Shown here piece after piece: positions 28,188-32,000 of a stretch of DNA of 32,000 bases. Under the pieces are notes generated by a model, which had not been told where the DNA came from, did not search any database, and saw only the letters and a list, made by a program, of their open reading frames with translations. The position numbers were made by a program, and so were the translations under genes. Source of the stretch: Candidatus Jordarchaeales archaeon (GTDB lineage: Archaea; Asgardarchaeota; Jordiarchaeia; Jordiarchaeales; Freyrarchaeaceae); NCBI GenBank assembly GCA_038858525.1, contig JAWCFL010000021.1, forward strand, positions 731 to 32,730, written 5' to 3'. Numbering within the stretch: position 1 is the stretch's first letter; each line of letters begins with the position of its first letter.

Positions 28188-28904
28188 TTAACTTAGGTTT
28201 TCAATATATTTCTGTACTTCTTCCGCTGACAGTTTACGGAATTTTTTCGTTTGTACGTCAACTATGGCGATCTCCACTCTTGAGGCGTCGAATTCCCCTT
28301 CAAGAACTGCTTTCAAAGCGGTTAAAGACAGTTTAATTCCTTCCTCTAAGTTTAAATCTTTCTTATATTCTTTCTCAAGTATCTCTTTTGCTTTTTGTGA
28401 ACCGGCACCTATTGCTGTAGCCCAGTATCCCCAGTAGGTTCCCGACGGGTCAGTCATAAAAAGTTTAGGGCCTGCATCGTCAACTCCTGCGATGAGGAAA
28501 GAGACGCCGAAGGGTCTAACTCCTGCATGTTGTGTGTAAACTTGTTTTAAATCTCCGATATATTTTGTTAAGCTTTCAACGCTGATTGGCTCATCGTAGC
28601 TTAACTTATTAACTTGAGCTTGAACACGTGCTTGATCTACGAGGACACGTGCATCTGCGGTTAGACCCGCTATCGCAGCACCTATATGTTCATCTATTAC
28701 AAAGATCTTTTCTACGCTTTCCGGGTCTTGAAGTGATAAAATTCTTTTTTCGACAGCTAATACTACTCCATCTTTACATCTGACTCCTATAGCAGTAGTT
28801 CCTCTTCGGACAGCTTCAATGGCATATTCAACCTGGAAGAGCCTTCCATCGGGAGAAAATATTGTGATAGCTCGGTCATAGCCTAAACCTGGCGCAGCAA
28901 ACAT
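28188..28904 (-). CDS. psmA: Proteasome alpha subunit
   Basis: GYDRAITIFSPDGRLFQVEYA, GLTADAR, RPFGVS. ATG at 28904 after GGGAGGG. Confidence 0.97.
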   Translation of the reverse strand: MFAAPGLGYDRAITIFSPDGRLFQVEYAIEAVRRGTTAIGVRCKDGVVLAVEKRILSLQDPESVEKIFVIDEHIGAAIAGLTADARVLVDQARVQAQVNKLSYDEPISVESLTKYIGDLKQVYTQHAGVRPFGVSFLIAGVDDAGPKLFMTDPSGTYWGYWATAIGAGSQKAKEILEKEYKKDLNLEEGIKLSLTALKAVLEGEFDASRVEIAIVDVQTKKFRKLSAEEVQKYIENLS

Positions 28905-29061
28905 ATCTTGAACCCTCCCTGCCTCATTACTGTTTAACTTTGACAAAGCCTTTAGCTCGCTACCTTAGAAAACTCAAACAGGTTTATTTATTTTTCTACC
29001 CTTTTTATCGGTTTCCTCTTTCACAGTAGCTCATCAAGGCATGTTTTCAAAAATAGCTTTT

Positions 29062-29607
29062 TCATACTATGCTTTCTATTTTTTCCTCCAATTCTCTTTT
29101 GCAAACATGGCAAAACTCCTTCTTTTTAGCATCCGTTTCATATATGCTATTTGAAAAATGCATCACGCAATAGCTTCTTGGGCAATGTTTTAGGAAGAAT
29201 GTGTGACCTAGTTCGTGGACAGCTTCTTTTATCATCCTTTCGAAAAACTTTTTTTCGTCATGTGGCTCTCCGTAGAACCCCGGTCTAAGTCTATTCGTCG
29301 AAATTAATGCCGCATTACCGCCATACTCTGCTAATCCAAAAACAAAGTTTAAGCTTGGCACATACAAGTCTACTTGTGTTACCCCAAGCACTCGGAACCC
29401 CTTTCTTCTTTTTAACTCGTTAAGAATCTCTTCTGCGTTATACTGTCCCCTTTGGTGATTGTAGGCGAAATCTATAGAAAATCCCTCATCCTCTACTACT
29501 GTAAAGCTTAACCAGTGGAAAATTCGTGGTAGCTCATGGGCGAGTTTAACTATGTTGGTTAAGAAATCGTGTGATACTTTTATCGGTAAAATACGCGCCT
29601 CTCTCAA
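29062..29607 (-). CDS. Archaemetzincin Zn metalloprotease
   Basis: RGQY, LNFVFG, HELGHTFFLKHC...CVMHFSNS...D...FC..C. Confidence 0.93.
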   Translation of the reverse strand: MREARILPIKVSHDFLTNIVKLAHELPRIFHWLSFTVVEDEGFSIDFAYNHQRGQYNAEEILNELKRRKGFRVLGVTQVDLYVPSLNFVFGLAEYGGNAALISTNRLRPGFYGEPHDEKKFFERMIKEAVHELGHTFFLKHCPRSYCVMHFSNSIYETDAKKKEFCHVCKRELEEKIESIV

Positions 29608-29670
29608 GATAACCCTTCCATTGCTTGCTGTTTTTATATTTTCTTGAAGGACATATTAAAGGGTGTTTAG

Positions 29671-30012
29671 GTGAATCGCCTTAGCTGGAAATTAACCAGC
29701 TCTTTACTCATAACAACTTTTTCTCTCCTAGTTCATACTCCTGTAGCCTTGCACTCGTTGCTTATTTTATCTGCTGCCTCCTCAGAGCGTACGGTTGCTT
29801 TACTCGTAGTTTTTTGGCTGCTTCTCTCCATAATAGCATCTTTTTCGTTTAACTGGGTAATGCTAATTCCTTTATCTCTAATATTTGTAGCGACATTACC
29901 CATTGCAATAGCTATCGCCAACCAAAATTCAGCAATAATAAATTTTCTCTTAACAAACATCACAATAACCTTTATAACAATCATATTGAGATCAACAGCG
30001 AACCTTACCTAA
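29671..30012 (+). CDS. Hypothetical small membrane protein (113 aa)
   Basis: GTG start after AGGGTG, upstream TTTTTATA, several hydrophobic segments. No family recognised. Confidence 0.45.
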   Translation: MNRLSWKLTSSLLITTFSLLVHTPVALHSLLILSAASSERTVALLVVFWLLLSIIASFSFNWVMLIPLSLIFVATLPIAIAIANQNSAIINFLLTNITITFITIILRSTANLT

Positions 30013-30150
30013 AAAGCAACTATTAATTCTCATATTAAAGCTAAGCTCAACAGTAAGCACTTTATTAAAACTGTTTTCTAATTGTTGTGATTGACGCGGG
30101 GGGCGGGATTTGAACCCGCGCTCCCCGAAAGGGGAACTGGCTCTCAAGGC

Positions 30151-30179
30151 TTCCGCTCGGGACCCTACATGACCCCGAC
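30151..30179 (-). other. 29-nt tRNA intron at position 29/30
   Basis: GCGC-TGG-[8-bp stem]-GCGG-AAG. Canonical cuts rebuild a perfect 5-bp anticodon stem. Confidence 0.85.
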
Positions 30180-30189
30180 CAGCGCCGTT

Positions 30190-30200
30190 TTACGTTTTAT
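30190..30200 (-). other. About 11-nt D-loop tRNA intron (BHL-like)
   Basis: GCGG-ACA-TAAA-ACGT-AAA. Removal leaves GCC-AAGCGGACAAC-GGC. Exact boundaries uncertain. Confidence 0.6.
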
Positions 30201-30456
30201 GTCCGCTTGGCTACCCCCGCTCAACTTCAAACATCCCTATTTCTCTCACTTGTTTAATCTCCTTTTTCTCCTTTAAATTTTTAATCAACTAGATGTATCG
30301 CGTTTTAACGTTTTGAACTTTAACTCTTACCGGTACTTTTACTGGTATCCGGGCAAACATATATTTAAATAATCTATATACTTGTTATTTCTGAACTTTC
30401 TCGGTTAATCCTTTGCTAAGGCGCTTCTATTATGATTATGATGGAGGTGTTAAAGC

Positions 30457-30687
30457 TTGGGTCGTAGAAAAAGTAGGAAAGTTGTAAAACGACCAAGGAA
30501 AACCATCCCAAAGGTCTTTCAGTGTCCTATATGCGGGGAAAATACTGTTACTGTTGAAATGAAAAGAGACGAGAACATAGCGATTGTTAGTTGTGGGTCA
30601 TGTAAGAAAAAAGAGGAAATTAAAATATCTAAAATTTCAGAGCCCATCGACGCATATAGCATATTCGTCGATATCTGCTCTCAGTAA
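30457..30687 (+). CDS. elf1: Transcription elongation factor Elf1
   Basis: MGRRK..K, FQCPIC...V...CGSC, EPIDAYS.FVD. TTG start after GGAGGTG. Confidence 0.9.
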   Translation: MGRRKSRKVVKRPRKTIPKVFQCPICGENTVTVEMKRDENIAIVSCGSCKKKEEIKISKISEPIDAYSIFVDICSQ

Positions 30688-30700
30688 TGAGGAATCTGCT

Positions 30701-31633
30701 TTAGAAGAACATGAGATACAGCAGGAAACCAGCTAGCGCTCCTACAGCCGTTGAAACCAAATTTACTATGTTATTGTCTATTGCTAAATATCCCTTTATG
30801 TGTGTTGTTATTTGTCCGCAGTGCTTCTCCTTCTCTGTTATCTTTCCACATACATTGCATTTAAATAATGACTGTAATGTTGCTCCTATCAAGCTGTCCG
30901 CGGTACTCCCTACGAACCCTGCAAAGACACCAATTGCAATCAGCTTCACCCAAACAGGAATTTCGGCTCCTAGATACTCAAATAATTTAATTAAGACACC
31001 ATTCACCCCACCAGCGACATTTATTATGTTAAGCTGGTAGAGCGCTGACGCGATCCCGCCTATCATGAGTCCACTCATGAGGATCGCTAGCTCTCCTAGA
31101 GGTGTTATTCCTCCAGATGTTCCCGGAGGAACCTTTTTTAATGGATTGGTTATTAGGCGTGGTTCTCCTGGGTAAAGTAGCCCTATTTCTGTGGCGAGCG
31201 TATCAGCCGTAGCTGTAGCTACAGTGCCTATGAAACCAGCTAAGAAAATGTCAAAGTTTCCGAGTGGAAATGCTATCAGAAGCAACCCCTCCATTACAGC
31301 GAGAAAAGCTGCTACACCGCCATTAGCGAAGACATTAGTCCATGCTCGTGCTCCACCTTTTTCCTGAGCCGCTTCAAGCCGCCTCTTTCTTTCATACTTA
31401 TATTTTGTAAACGCTGCTGCAACGATATGAAATGTCATTATCATGACAAACCACGTCCAACTTGTGAAAAACCAGATAGCTAAACCAACAACTAGGCCAG
31501 CGAGGAGACCTGATAAGTCGACGGCCTTTGCCTTCACAGACGCTAGACCTAAGCCACCTATTACAAGCAATCCGAGAACAATGTTAAAAATTTCTCCCAA
31601 ATTTATCCCGTATGACCAGCTAAACTCGAACAT
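30701..31633 (-). CDS. DUF92/TMEM19 membrane protein
   Basis: R...NVFANGG, ADTLATEIG, VPPGTSGGIT..G, DSLIGATLQ, DNN.VN. Confidence 0.92.
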   Translation of the reverse strand: MFEFSWSYGINLGEIFNIVLGLLVIGGLGLASVKAKAVDLSGLLAGLVVGLAIWFFTSWTWFVMIMTFHIVAAAFTKYKYERKRRLEAAQEKGGARAWTNVFANGGVAAFLAVMEGLLLIAFPLGNFDIFLAGFIGTVATATADTLATEIGLLYPGEPRLITNPLKKVPPGTSGGITPLGELAILMSGLMIGGIASALYQLNIINVAGGVNGVLIKLFEYLGAEIPVWVKLIAIGVFAGFVGSTADSLIGATLQSLFKCNVCGKITEKEKHCGQITTHIKGYLAIDNNIVNLVSTAVGALAGFLLYLMFF

Positions 31634-31917
31634 TTTTTTCCTCCTAAAATTTAGAGTTAAATTTTACTAACGCCTAGTGTTGCAATAAAGTCCTCTCTAT
31701 CGAGATAAAAGTTTTTCTGAACATTGCTTGTCAAAATCGATTTTTGACGAATTTTTATTTCATATTCAAACATAGTCGAGAACACTAGTCTGATAATGAG
31801 ATTAAATTAAAATTTATTTTTAAACAAAAGGGTTTTTGGACGACGAAAAGCCTTATTATTTAGAAAGCTAGGTTTCGAATAGCAGTCTTGAAGGACTGTT
31901 ATGAGGGTGTTTTGTTA

Positions 31918-32000
31918 ATGAAACTTGTTTGCGTCTCTCCTGCCTTTAATGAGGAACGAACAGTGGCGAGCGTGGTTAAGGGAGCCTTAAAGTATGTTGA
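31918..32000 (+). CDS. Glycosyltransferase family 2, 5' partial
   Basis: MKLVCVSPAFNEERTVASVV matches the GT2 N-terminal P.(Y/F)NE motif. Runs off the window. Confidence 0.7.
   Translation, partial: MKLVCVSPAFNEERTVASVVKGALKYV

Larger units (their letters stand above)
30095..30220 (-). tRNA. tRNA-Ser(UGA) with two introns (D-loop about 30190-30200; 29/30 position 30151-30179); mature about 86 nt
   Basis: Acceptor GCGGGGG/CCCCCGC, discriminator G, T-arm GCGGG-TTCAAAT-CCCGC, long variable arm TCCCC/GGGGA. Spliced anticodon arm CTGGC-CT TGA GA-GCCAG. No encoded CCA. Confidence 0.88.

Noticed and set aside
29733-29984. 83-aa minus-strand ORF
   Set aside because: Antisense shadow of the better-supported plus-strand hydrophobic ORF; no motif recognised.
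30130-30150. tRNA read as Leu(GAG)
   Set aside because: The spliced 5-bp stem centres a 7-nt loop on TGA, and discriminator G fits Ser.
1-32000. CRISPR arrays, transposases, integrases, rRNA, and the many short antisense ORFs in the track
   Set aside because: No spaced repeats or mobile-element motifs seen. The short ORFs overlap well-supported genes on the opposite strand or in another frame.

Overview
This is a gene-dense archaeal core-genome window, TACK/Asgard-like judging from Elf1, class I LysRS, a eukaryote-like Vps4 and a Vps25-like gene. It holds coaD-pheST-nicotinamidase, two radical SAM genes, prs-trm11-rnz, a toprim-dnaG-AAA-UPF0200-UPF0201 run, hflX-lysS-CDP-alcohol transferase, Vps4-Vps25-like, an ECF transporter module, the proteasome/exosome superoperon, archaemetzincin, tRNA-Ser(UGA), Elf1, DUF92 and the start of a glycosyltransferase. 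The main signal is RNA splicing of protein-coding genes. A PflX-like radical SAM gene and dnaG are each broken inside a conserved motif by a short 3n+1 insert (28 and 31 nt) that folds into a bulge-helix-bulge (BHB) motif. Cutting at the canonical positions, after the 2nd nt of each bulge, restores the frame and the motif in both. The tRNA-Ser carries two non-canonical BHB-type introns of the same style, and a stand-alone GC-clamped RNA at 4563-4687 has a further BHB-like junction. All calls come from reading the sequence and recalled family motifs; no search, folding program or expression data was used.
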